A DNA stretch of 64,000 nucleotides from Thermostichus sp. DRC_bins_24 (GTDB lineage: Bacteria > Cyanobacteriota > Cyanobacteriia > Thermostichales > Thermostichaceae), in assembly GCA_039794845.1 (NCBI GenBank), contig JAUQVK010000037.1:1-64000 (forward strand), read 5' to 3'. Under the pieces are notes generated by a model that searched no databases, was not told the origin of the DNA, and saw nothing but the letters and a program-made list of their open reading frames with translations. Below are positions 8,848-17,361 of the stretch, in pieces (positions within the stretch are counted from its first letter, which is position 1; each line of letters opens with the position of its first letter). Both the position numbers and the translations under genes were made by a program.

Positions 8848-10144
8848 AGGATGGTGTACTCATCGTAAAGGGATCCTTCGAGCAGCGCACCACTCAGGTT
8901 TGCCCCCCGCAGGTTGGTGCCCTGCAGATCCGTTTGGCTGAGGTTGGCCTCCTGCAAGTCCGCTTCTCGCAGATCCGCCCCCCGCAGATCCGCCCTAGCG
9001 AGGTTGGCTTGCCGCAGCCAAGCACGACGCAAATAAGCATCGGCAAGATGGGTTTGGGCCAATGGCCAAAGGGTACGCGGTTGGTTGAGGATCCGCCACA
9101 CCAGCTTCCATTTGGCATCCAGTTGGGTTTGGGCATCCAGGTGTGTGCCCCGCAAAATGGCTTGACCGAGATCCGCCCCCCGCAAATCCGCTCCGGTTAG
9201 TTGGGCACCCCCTAGGTGGCTTCCCCGCAGGTTGGCCCCCCGCAGATCGGCCCCCACCAGATGAGCACCGCGCAGATCGGATCCCTCTAAATCCGCTTGC
9301 ACCAGGTGGGCTTGCCGCAGGTCTGCCCCTTGCAAAGAAGCCCTGTGGAGAATCGCCCCACTTAAGTCCGTTTGGCTTAAAACCGCTCGATCCAGGTGGG
9401 CGGAGTGGAGGTTTTTTGCTTGAAATTGGGTGAGCGCTTGCGACGCGCTCGATCCAGGTGGGCGGAGTGGAGGTAGGCTGCGTGCAGGTTGGCCCCCGCC
9501 AGATCCCGTTCCACCAGGTGCTGCGCTTCTCGATCTTGGGAGACAATTTGCCACACCTGGCGCCACTTTTCGGCCATTTGGGTTTCGGGGGTGAGGTGAG
9601 CGCCTCGCAACTGGGATCCCCGTAAATCCGCTCCCGTAAGATCCGCCCGATGCAGATCGGCACGGGTCAGGCGGGCATAGCTGAGGTTGGCCCCCGTCAG
9701 GGTGGCCTCCCGCAAATTGGCTTCCTCCAAATCGGCATGGCTGAGGTTGGCCTGGCTCAAGTCTACTCCCTGCAGATGGGATCCCTCGAGGCGGCTGTAG
9801 CTGAGATCGGCATGGCACAGAATGGCCCCACTCAAGCGGGCGCTGCTTAAATCGCTACGGCTTAAGTTGGCTCGCCACAGGTTGGCCTGGCGTAGGTTAG
9901 CCCGACAGAGATTGGCCTGTTCTAGGTTGGCCTGGCGCAGGTTGGCATCCCAAAAGACAGTTCCCACCAAAATTGCCCGGTACAACACCACCTCACACAG
10001 ACGCACCCCCGAGAGATCCGCCCCGCTTAGGTTGATGTCGTGCAGATCCGCCTGGAGCAACCCAGGAACGCTCAAATCCAGCCGTTTGAAATCCCGCTCT
10101 CCTTGGGCGTAGCGGTGCAGCAATTGCTGAGCGGGCGTGAGCAT
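8844..10144 (-). pseudogene. Pentapeptide-repeat protein (412 aa if repaired), frameshifted by a 62-bp insertion
   Basis: The N-half MLTPAQQLLHRYAQGERDF... (ORF 9377-10369) and the C-half (ORF 8844-9818) are in different frames. Removing 9413-9474 fuses them in register: AYLHS AHLDR AVLSQ TDLSG. Confidence 0.85.
9384..9474. repeat. Exact 29-bp direct repeat flanking a unique 33-bp insert
   Basis: CGCTCGATCCAGGTGGGCGGAGTGGAGGT at 9384-9412 and 9446-9474; insert TTTTTGCTTGAAATTGGGTGAGCGCTTGCGACG at 9413-9445. Confidence 0.95.
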
Positions 10145-10146
10145 GG

Positions 10147-10566
10147 TCAGGGGGTGGCCAGAGGATCCTGACAGCGAGCGCAAACAGGATAGGTGGATTG
10201 ATACAGGGTGTCGCGGCGACCAAACCACTCGTAGCGGTGATCGCGGATGTGTTCGTAGCCCCGATCCCCCAACGGCTTCAGGCCGGGGATCCCGCGGTAC
10301 AGGGCCAACCACAGCCGGCCACCGGGCAACAGGTCTGCAATTTTCTCCGCCGCCGCGGATCCCTGCCAACGCTGCTCCGGGCGCTGCATATCAACCAGGA
10401 TCATGCCCAGTTCACACTGGTCTGGAGCAATATCCCACCGGGCCAAGGTGGGGGCATCCTGCATGGGGGCGTAACAAAAACGCTGTCCCCGATCCAAGCG
10501 TTCCAAAAGCTGTACCCCATTCGAGCAGAGATTGCACAGCCCATCGTAAATCACCAAGTAGAGCAT
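10147..10566 (-). CDS. DCC-family thiol-disulfide oxidoreductase (DUF393)
   Basis: N-terminal YDGLCNLC (DxxCxxC); C-terminal YEHIRDHRYEWFGRR. Confidence 0.9.
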   Translation of the reverse strand: MLYLVIYDGLCNLCSNGVQLLERLDRGQRFCYAPMQDAPTLARWDIAPDQCELGMILVDMQRPEQRWQGSAAAEKIADLLPGGRLWLALYRGIPGLKPLGDRGYEHIRDHRYEWFGRRDTLYQSTYPVCARCQDPLATP

Positions 10567-10576
10567 GGGGGTCTCC

Positions 10577-11116
10577 TCAAACGGCGGTTGCAGGCCGGCC
10601 CACGATTTGGGACTGGTAGTCCGCTTCGGAGAGCAACTGTTGCGGCTGCCGATCCAAAAAAACCCGTCCCAACAAATGGTCGTATTCGTGTTGAAAAATA
10701 CGGGCTGGAAAATCCCTCCAGCTCACGTACTTCTGGGATCCCTGCGGGGTGCAGTACCCCACTTCTACCGCTTGGGAACGGGCCACCAATCCCCGCCGAT
10801 CCGGCACACTCAAACAGCCCTCCCACCCCAACACCTGCTCAGGGCTGGCCGCCAACAGCCGCGGATTGAGCATCACCAGAGGCTCCATGTGCGGGGCATC
10901 GGGGTAGCGCAAAGTTGGGCGGGAGGCGACGATGATCACCTGCAGCCGGAATCCCACCTGGGGGGCCGCCAAGCCCACGCCATTGGATTCTTTCAAAATG
11001 CGCAACATCCCCTCGATCAGCTGTTGCAAAGCAGGATCCCCGAACTCGGTTACCGGCCCTGCCACCTCGGTCAAGATGGGATCCCCAATTTGGCGCAGGC
11101 TAAAGGTCATGCTCAT
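10577..11116 (-). CDS. def: Peptide deformylase
   Basis: GVGLAAPQVG, EGCLS, FQHEYDHL. Confidence 0.97.
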   Translation of the reverse strand: MSMTFSLRQIGDPILTEVAGPVTEFGDPALQQLIEGMLRILKESNGVGLAAPQVGFRLQVIIVASRPTLRYPDAPHMEPLVMLNPRLLAASPEQVLGWEGCLSVPDRRGLVARSQAVEVGYCTPQGSQKYVSWRDFPARIFQHEYDHLLGRVFLDRQPQQLLSEADYQSQIVGRPATAV

Positions 11117-11185
11117 CCAACGTGAGACTCTCTTTTGGATTTTAGATTTGGACTCCCTTCTATCAGTGTACCGAGGATCCCCAGC

Positions 11186-12772
11186 CTAACGGTCTTTGCC
11201 AATTGTGGCCAACTCCAGCACCAGCTTGGAGCGCTTCAGCCCTTCCGGGATCGGGATGGGGTAGTTGCCGGTAAAACAAGCCGAACAAAAAGACTGGGGA
11301 TCCTGACCGGTTGCCGCCAACATCCCTTCCCAACTTAGGTAGGCCAAAGAATCCACCCCAATCCGCTCGGCAATTTCTGCAACCGAGTGGTGGGCGGCGA
11401 TCAGCTGATCTTGGGTATCGGTATCGATGCCGTAAAAACAAGGATGGGTCACCGGCGGGCTGGAAATGCGCATATGCACCTCGGTTGCCCCCGCTTGCCG
11501 CAAGGCTTTGACGATCTTCTGGCTGGTGGTGCCCCGCACAATCGAGTCATCCACAATCACCACCCGTTTGCCTTGCAAAACATCGTCTAGGGGGTTGAGT
11601 TTCATGCGAATGCCCCGCTCCCGCATCGACTGGGTGGGCTGAATGAAGGTGCGCCCCACATAGCGGTTTTTGATCAGCCCTTCGGTGTAAGGGATCCCCA
11701 GCTGGCGGGCATAGCCAATCGCTGCCGGCGTGCCGGAATCGGGAACCGACATCACCCAATCCACTTCTGCAGGAGCTTCTCTGGCCAGTTGCTCTCCTAG
11801 GCGCACCCGGTAGGAATAGAGGCTTTCCCCCTGCATCCAGCTATCGGGGCGGGCAAAATAGATCATCTCAAAAATACAGAGCTTGGGAGTGGCTTCTGCC
11901 CAGCGCACCGATTGCAACCCTTGGCGGCTGATCCACACCAATTCCCCCGGTTCCACCTGCCGCAAATAATCGGCCCCGATGATGTCGAGGGCGCAAGTCT
12001 CGGAAGCCAGCACATAATGTAGAGGTTCTGCTTCGGGGTGGCTGAGGGTGCCATCACTACAGATGATCTCCCGTTGCAGCAGATCGTCGAGGGCGGGGTT
12101 GGTGCTCAACAGGCCCAACACCAACGGACGCACCCCATGGGGATCCCGAGCTCCCATCAACCCTTCCGGCGTGCCGATCACCAGACTAAAGGCTCCGCGA
12201 CAGCGCTGCAAAGCTTGGCGAGTCGCCCCGATCCAGTCTTGTCCTTGGTTCACCGCTTGGGCAATCGCATGGGCAATACATTCCGAGTCGGTGGTGCTTA
12301 CCAGATGGCGATCGGCAGCCTCCAGTTCTTGCCGCAGCTGCTCGGTATTGACCAAATTGCCATTGTGGGCCAAAGCCAACGGCCCCAAACGGGTCTCGAC
12401 AATCACGGGCTGAGCATTGGCCACACGGCTGGATCCGGTGGTGGAATAGCGGGTGTGGCCCACCACCAGCTCTCCCGTTAGCTTGGCCAGGTCGACTTCA
12501 TCAAACACCTGGGAAACCAAGCCCATGTCCTTGTGAACCCGGCAAAACTCCCCCTCAAAGGTGGCGATGCCGGCAGATTCTTGGCCGCGATGCTGTAGGG
12601 CAAACAAACCAAAATAGGCCAGCTTGGCCACATCTTCCCCAGGGGCGAGGGTACCAAAGACCCCACAGGCCTCTTTCGGCCCTTCCGGCTGATCCCAGAG
12701 TTTGACAGGCTGCTCTACACCTCCCCCAGATCGCCCTTTGGGAGACTGTTCTTCACCTGCCCGTGCCGCCAT
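11186..12772 (-). CDS. purF: Amidophosphoribosyltransferase
   Basis: Propeptide then CGVFG; LQHRGQESAG, GHTRYST, HNGNL, PRPP motif VIVDDSIVRGTTS; Fe-S Cys residues (CIFE, PCFYG, CSAC). Confidence 0.97.
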   Translation of the reverse strand: MAARAGEEQSPKGRSGGGVEQPVKLWDQPEGPKEACGVFGTLAPGEDVAKLAYFGLFALQHRGQESAGIATFEGEFCRVHKDMGLVSQVFDEVDLAKLTGELVVGHTRYSTTGSSRVANAQPVIVETRLGPLALAHNGNLVNTEQLRQELEAADRHLVSTTDSECIAHAIAQAVNQGQDWIGATRQALQRCRGAFSLVIGTPEGLMGARDPHGVRPLVLGLLSTNPALDDLLQREIICSDGTLSHPEAEPLHYVLASETCALDIIGADYLRQVEPGELVWISRQGLQSVRWAEATPKLCIFEMIYFARPDSWMQGESLYSYRVRLGEQLAREAPAEVDWVMSVPDSGTPAAIGYARQLGIPYTEGLIKNRYVGRTFIQPTQSMRERGIRMKLNPLDDVLQGKRVVIVDDSIVRGTTSQKIVKALRQAGATEVHMRISSPPVTHPCFYGIDTDTQDQLIAAHHSVAEIAERIGVDSLAYLSWEGMLAATGQDPQSFCSACFTGNYPIPIPEGLKRSKLVLELATIGKDR

Positions 12773-13065
12773 GGATCCCCTCTTGGTGTAGCAACCATCA
12801 GTCTAGCCTGGCCCAGGGTCTTCCCATCACCCGGGATCCCATCCCGGCGACCTACCCCGAAGAAAAGCTCCCTAGATGGGGTAACCGCCACCCCTGGAGT
12901 TTGCAAAAAATTGAGGCCCTATCTATAGTGTTAGCAGCAAAAGAAATCCACCTGCTTTTCCGGTTGACGAAGCAGGCTTGCTGGGTATTCGAGTTGAACG
13001 CAGCCGAGAGTCAGTTTTCCTAAGCCCACAAAACCCCAAACCCAAATTGTGAGGAGCCAGAGCCC

Positions 13066-13809
13066 ATGAAGCACCAGCCCTGTGGATCTCGTCGGAGTCG
13101 GGCGCTAGTAGTCTCTTTGATTAAAGTCAGTGTAGCCGCCCTTCTGCCGTTGTCACTCCTTGCCTGTCAAGAAGAGGCCCACGAACAACCCACCGTCACC
13201 ATTACGCCCATACCGGTAGTGGCCCCCACGCCCACTCCGGTGCTTACCCCCAATCCTCTCCCCACCCCTACCGTAGTGCCGACACCAGTACCGACACCGT
13301 TTCCCACCCTCAGCCCCTCTCCGAGTCCATCCCCCCCGTCTACCGGATCGGCAGAGGCTCCTTCAATTGCCATCGTCGCCCTGACGGATGCTCGACAGAC
13401 AGTGCCCTTTAATGTGTTGGTTGCCGTCACCACCCCCGCAGGACTAGGTACAGGCATCAGCTTCCGGGTCGAGGTGAGGCAAAGTCCTCTTACCCTGACG
13501 TTTGATTTCACCGCATCTGCTGTTGGATGCGCGGCCAACAGCAAAACCTGCATCGGCACCATCCCCATTACCATTCCCACTTCTGTTCCCACCGGAGCCT
13601 ACGAGGTGACCGCCATGGTGGCCGATACCCAAGGCAGGATCGGCTCCGCCAAAGCCCCCTTGATGGTGCTCCCTGCCCCCGGCGCTTCTCCTTCGCCAAC
13701 ACCAACCGGTACTGGCACCCCCAATCCTTTCCCTACGGTGTCTCCCTCCCCTAGCCCCAGTCCCGGCCCCACTGCTTCCCCCAGTCCTTCCCCTAGCCCT
13801 TCACCCTAG
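13066..13809 (+). CDS. Pro/Thr/Ser-rich lipoprotein with a central beta-rich domain
   Basis: Lipobox LLAC; PT and SP low-complexity arms flank about 105 aa of beta-strand-like sequence. Confidence 0.75.
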   Translation: MKHQPCGSRRSRALVVSLIKVSVAALLPLSLLACQEEAHEQPTVTITPIPVVAPTPTPVLTPNPLPTPTVVPTPVPTPFPTLSPSPSPSPPSTGSAEAPSIAIVALTDARQTVPFNVLVAVTTPAGLGTGISFRVEVRQSPLTLTFDFTASAVGCAANSKTCIGTIPITIPTSVPTGAYEVTAMVADTQGRIGSAKAPLMVLPAPGASPSPTPTGTGTPNPFPTVSPSPSPSPGPTASPSPSPSPSP

Positions 13810-13824
13810 AGCTAGAGGCAGAGG

Positions 13825-15171
13825 TTAAGGCAGCCCTTGGAGAACCTCCGCCAGGGTATGGGTGAGGTGGTGGATGTGTTCCTCTTCGAGGATCAGCGGT
13901 GGCGAGAGGGCGATGATATCTCCGGTGGTGCGGATCAGCAGGCCCCGCTCGTAACAGCGTAAGAACGCTTCAAAGGCACGGGCCGTCGGTCGGCCAGGGA
14001 TCCCTGCCAATTCAATCGCCCCCACCAAGCCGAGATTGCGCACATCAATCACATGGGGAAGCCCTTCTAGCCCATGCACGGCTTCTTCCCAAAGGGGAGC
14101 CAAACGGGCGGCCCGCTCGAATAAGCCTTCTTCTTTGTAAAGCTTAAGAGTGGCCAACCCTGCGGCACAGGCAACCGGATGGCCGGAATAGGTATAACCG
14201 TGGAAAAGCTCAATGGCGCTATCGGCAGTCTCCATAAAGGTGTTGTAAATCTCTTGCTTGACGATCACCGCCCCCATCGGGATCGTGCCGTTGGTAAGGC
14301 CCTTGGCACAGCAGATCAGATCCGGCACCACACCGAAGTAATTGGCCGCAAAAGGGGATCCGAGGCGACCAAACCCGGTGATTACCTCGTCGAAAATGAG
14401 CAAGATGCCGTATTTGTCACAGATGGCCCGCAGTTTTTCCAAATAGCCCACCGGAGGGAGCAACACCCCCGTCGAACCGGCAACCGGCTCGACGATCACC
14501 GCTGCAATCGTGCTGGCATCGTGGAGGGCAACGATCCGCTCCAACTCGTCTGCCAAATGGGCTCCCCACCGGGGTAGGCCACGGCTGAAGGCATTGTGCT
14601 CCAGATTGTGGGTGTGGGGCAGGTGATCCACCCCCGGGATGAGGCTGCCGAAATACTTGCGGTTGCTGGAGATGCCCCCAACCGAGATGCCCCCAAACCC
14701 GACGCCGTGGTAGCCCCGTTCTCGGCCAATCAACCGTTGACGGGATCCCTGGCCACGCACCCGATGGTAGGCAATGGCGATTTTCAGAGCCGTATCCACC
14801 GCTTCAGAGCCAGAGTTGGCAAAAAAGACGTGATCCAGACCGGGGGGAGTCAGTTGGGTGAGCTGATCCGCCAGCTCAAAGGCTTTGGGATGGCCCATTT
14901 GAAAAGCCGGGGCATAGTCCAGTTGAGCCACCTGTTGTTGGATGGCTTCCACAATCGGAGGGCGACAGTGGCCGGCATTGACGCACCAAAGTCCGGCGGT
15001 TCCATCCAAGATTTGTCGTCCGTCATGGCTGGTGTAGTACATGCCTTGAGCGGCCACCAGCAGGCGGGGGTTGGCCTTAAATTGCCGGTTGGCCGTAAAG
15101 GGCATCCAGAAGGGCTCTAGATTAAGCTCAGTTTGCAGCGCTCTGGCTGCTTTTTCTAGGGTTTCTTGCAT
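13825..15171 (-). CDS. Class III PLP aminotransferase, omega-amino acid (beta-alanine):pyruvate type
   Basis: FWMPFTANRQFK, DGTAGLWCVNAGH, GYHGVGFGG, FDEVITGFGR, AKGLT, HGYTYSGHP. Start set at ATG 15171. Confidence 0.9.
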   Translation of the reverse strand: MQETLEKAARALQTELNLEPFWMPFTANRQFKANPRLLVAAQGMYYTSHDGRQILDGTAGLWCVNAGHCRPPIVEAIQQQVAQLDYAPAFQMGHPKAFELADQLTQLTPPGLDHVFFANSGSEAVDTALKIAIAYHRVRGQGSRQRLIGRERGYHGVGFGGISVGGISSNRKYFGSLIPGVDHLPHTHNLEHNAFSRGLPRWGAHLADELERIVALHDASTIAAVIVEPVAGSTGVLLPPVGYLEKLRAICDKYGILLIFDEVITGFGRLGSPFAANYFGVVPDLICCAKGLTNGTIPMGAVIVKQEIYNTFMETADSAIELFHGYTYSGHPVACAAGLATLKLYKEEGLFERAARLAPLWEEAVHGLEGLPHVIDVRNLGLVGAIELAGIPGRPTARAFEAFLRCYERGLLIRTTGDIIALSPPLILEEEHIHHLTHTLAEVLQGLP

Positions 15172-15440
15172 GGTTAGCCCTCCGGCAACAAACGAGATGT
15201 TTAAACTTGTAAAATAATGCGAATATCTAGCATCGATAAGACTTCGTCCCACCTTGTAGATTATTAGGCAGGGCTCCCATCTCTAGGGCAATCCTAACAT
15301 AGAAGAATCCCTGACCTTGAGAAAAAATATCGGTCAATCATGTTTGGATTTCTCAAAGCAATCCTCCTATCCATCTCTTTTTGAGTCAACTTTTGTCAAA
15401 CACAAATCATCTTATTTGAAACAGGAAACCGTCTAGAAAC

Positions 15441-17156
15441 TTAGTATTTTCGTTCCTGAGGGGCAAAGCGGGTGATCACCACCGGGCGATAGCTAATCTG
15501 CGGGGATCCGTCTCGGAAGGCGGCCAATGTGTGTTGCAGAAACTGCTGGTCATCCCGTTGGGGATAATCTTCCCGGGCATGGGATCCGCGACTTTCTCGC
15601 CGATGCAGGGCACTGTTGATGATCAAAGACCCCACTGTGATTAAGTTATCCAGTTCCAGAGCCTCGATCAGTTCCGTATTCCACACTTTGCTCTGATCAT
15701 CCAAACGCAGGTGGTGATCGTACCGCTGACGAATCTGCTGCAACTGTTGGATCCCTGCTTGTAATGTCGCTTCGGTTCGATAAACTCCACAGTGCTCGGT
15801 CATGCAATTCTGAAACTGCCTCCGCACCGCATCAATACGGCTATCTCCCGACTTTTCCAGGAGCTGGCTGATGCGCTCGGTTGCCTGCCGGAGTAGGGAT
15901 CCCTCATCCACCTTTGGGAAGGCTTGATCTTTGACCGCTTCTACCATGGCTGCCCCCGCCCGTCGCCCGTACACGATGCACTCCAACAGGGAGTTGCTCC
16001 CCAGCCGATTGGCCCCATGCACGGAAACACAGGCGGTTTCTCCGGCAGCAAAAAGCCCTTCTACGGGGGTTTGGGCCTCTCGCAACACCTGACAATCGAC
16101 CGTCACCGGGATCCCGCCCATGCAGTAGTGCACCGTGGGTCGCACCGGGATCGGATCCACAACCGCATCAATGCCCAAGTGGCGATGGGCTTCTTCCCAG
16201 CAAAAGGGAACCCGAGTGTGAATTTTCTCCGCCCCGAGATGGCGCAAATCCAGGTACACGAAATCTTTGCCGTTAATGCCACGTCCGGCTCGCACCTCCG
16301 TGACAATCGCCCGTGAGGTGATATCCCGTGGGGCCAACTCCATCCGGCTGGGGGCATAAGCGGCCATGAAGCGCTCCCCCTTGTTGTTGATCAGATAGGC
16401 CCCTTCTCCACGCACCGCCTCTGAGATCAGCACCCCCACCGGATACAAGCCCGTTGGATGAAACTGCACAAACTCCATATCCTGCAAAGGCAATCCCGCC
16501 CGTGCCACCATCGCCATGCCATCACCTGTGGATGCGAAGTCGTTGGAGGTGGAGTTGTAAATGCGCCCATAGCCGCCCGTGGCCAGCATCACCGCCTTGG
16601 CCCGCACCACCTCTAGCCGCCCGGTGGCTTGCTCCAACATCACCACCCCTTTGGCCTGGTTCTCTTCCAAGATCAGCTCCAGCACGTACCATTCGCTGTA
16701 GAGCTTGACCCCAACCCGTTTCAGATTGTTCACCAATTCGTGCAAAATGGCGTGCCCGGTTTTATCGGCGGCATAACAGGTGCGGTTGTGGCTGTGTCCC
16801 CCGAAGGCTCGCTGGGCAATTCGACCATCCGGCAAGCGGGAAAACAACACCCCTAAGTGCTCCAGATCGATGATCACTTCGGGCGCTTCCCGAGTCAGGA
16901 TCTCCACCGCATCTTGATCGGCTAGGTAATCGGATCCCTTGACGGTATCGAAGGCATGGGCCTCCCAAGAATCGTTCGGGTCAACATTTTGTAAAGCTGC
17001 GGCAATTCCCCCTTGGGCTGCCACCGAATGGCTGCGAATCGGGTGAGTCTTAGCCACCAAGGCCAGGTTGAGGCTGGGATCCCGCCGCAATGCCTCCAAA
17101 GCCGCCCGACAACCGGACAATCCCCCACCGATGATGACAATGTCGTGTTCCAGCAT
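15441..17156 (-). CDS. sdhA: Succinate dehydrogenase/fumarate reductase flavoprotein subunit
   Basis: IIGGGLSG, RSHSVAAQGG (FAD-binding His), QFHPTG, HYCMGG, HGANRLGSNSL. Confidence 0.96.
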   Translation of the reverse strand: MLEHDIVIIGGGLSGCRAALEALRRDPSLNLALVAKTHPIRSHSVAAQGGIAAALQNVDPNDSWEAHAFDTVKGSDYLADQDAVEILTREAPEVIIDLEHLGVLFSRLPDGRIAQRAFGGHSHNRTCYAADKTGHAILHELVNNLKRVGVKLYSEWYVLELILEENQAKGVVMLEQATGRLEVVRAKAVMLATGGYGRIYNSTSNDFASTGDGMAMVARAGLPLQDMEFVQFHPTGLYPVGVLISEAVRGEGAYLINNKGERFMAAYAPSRMELAPRDITSRAIVTEVRAGRGINGKDFVYLDLRHLGAEKIHTRVPFCWEEAHRHLGIDAVVDPIPVRPTVHYCMGGIPVTVDCQVLREAQTPVEGLFAAGETACVSVHGANRLGSNSLLECIVYGRRAGAAMVEAVKDQAFPKVDEGSLLRQATERISQLLEKSGDSRIDAVRRQFQNCMTEHCGVYRTEATLQAGIQQLQQIRQRYDHHLRLDDQSKVWNTELIEALELDNLITVGSLIINSALHRRESRGSHAREDYPQRDDQQFLQHTLAAFRDGSPQISYRPVVITRFAPQERKY

Positions 17157-17245
17157 GGATGCAAACTCAAAAAAGCCCCCTTGCGGGTTTTCCAATTATG
17201 GCCGCCCCCCGGAGCCCTCTCAAGCAGCCTAAACAGGGTCATGGT

Positions 17246-17353
17246 TCATCCATTAGGATCTTCCTCATCCAACACCTGCCCAAACCGCAGACGATTGCCA
17301 TCGGGATCGCGCAAATGGATTTCCCGCACCCCCCAGGGTTGGGTGCTGAAGTT
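17246..17353 (-). pseudogene. 3' fragment of a VOC/glyoxalase-bleomycin-resistance family gene
   Basis: Frame reads *NFSTQPWGVREIHLRDPDGNRLRFGQVLDEEDPNG*. PWG.R....DPDGN is the VOC C-terminal signature. There is no N-half. Confidence 0.7.
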
Positions 17354-17361
17354 CTACAGTT

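Noticed and set aside
9384..9474. Calling the 29-33-29 structure a bona fide CRISPR array
   Set aside because: There are only two repeats, the repeat is the host gene's own coding sequence with no clear palindrome, and there is no leader or cas gene in the window. It is reported as a repeat and a hypothesis only.
8844..10144. Programmed frameshift or two separate pentapeptide genes
   Set aside because: The frame change is fully explained by the 62-bp insertion. The A6 run arises at the insert junction, and there is no independent start for the C-half.
15312..15336. TGACC-N15-GGTCA inverted repeat upstream of the aminotransferase
   Set aside because: Five-bp arms are expected by chance, and the spacing does not match an operator I can name.
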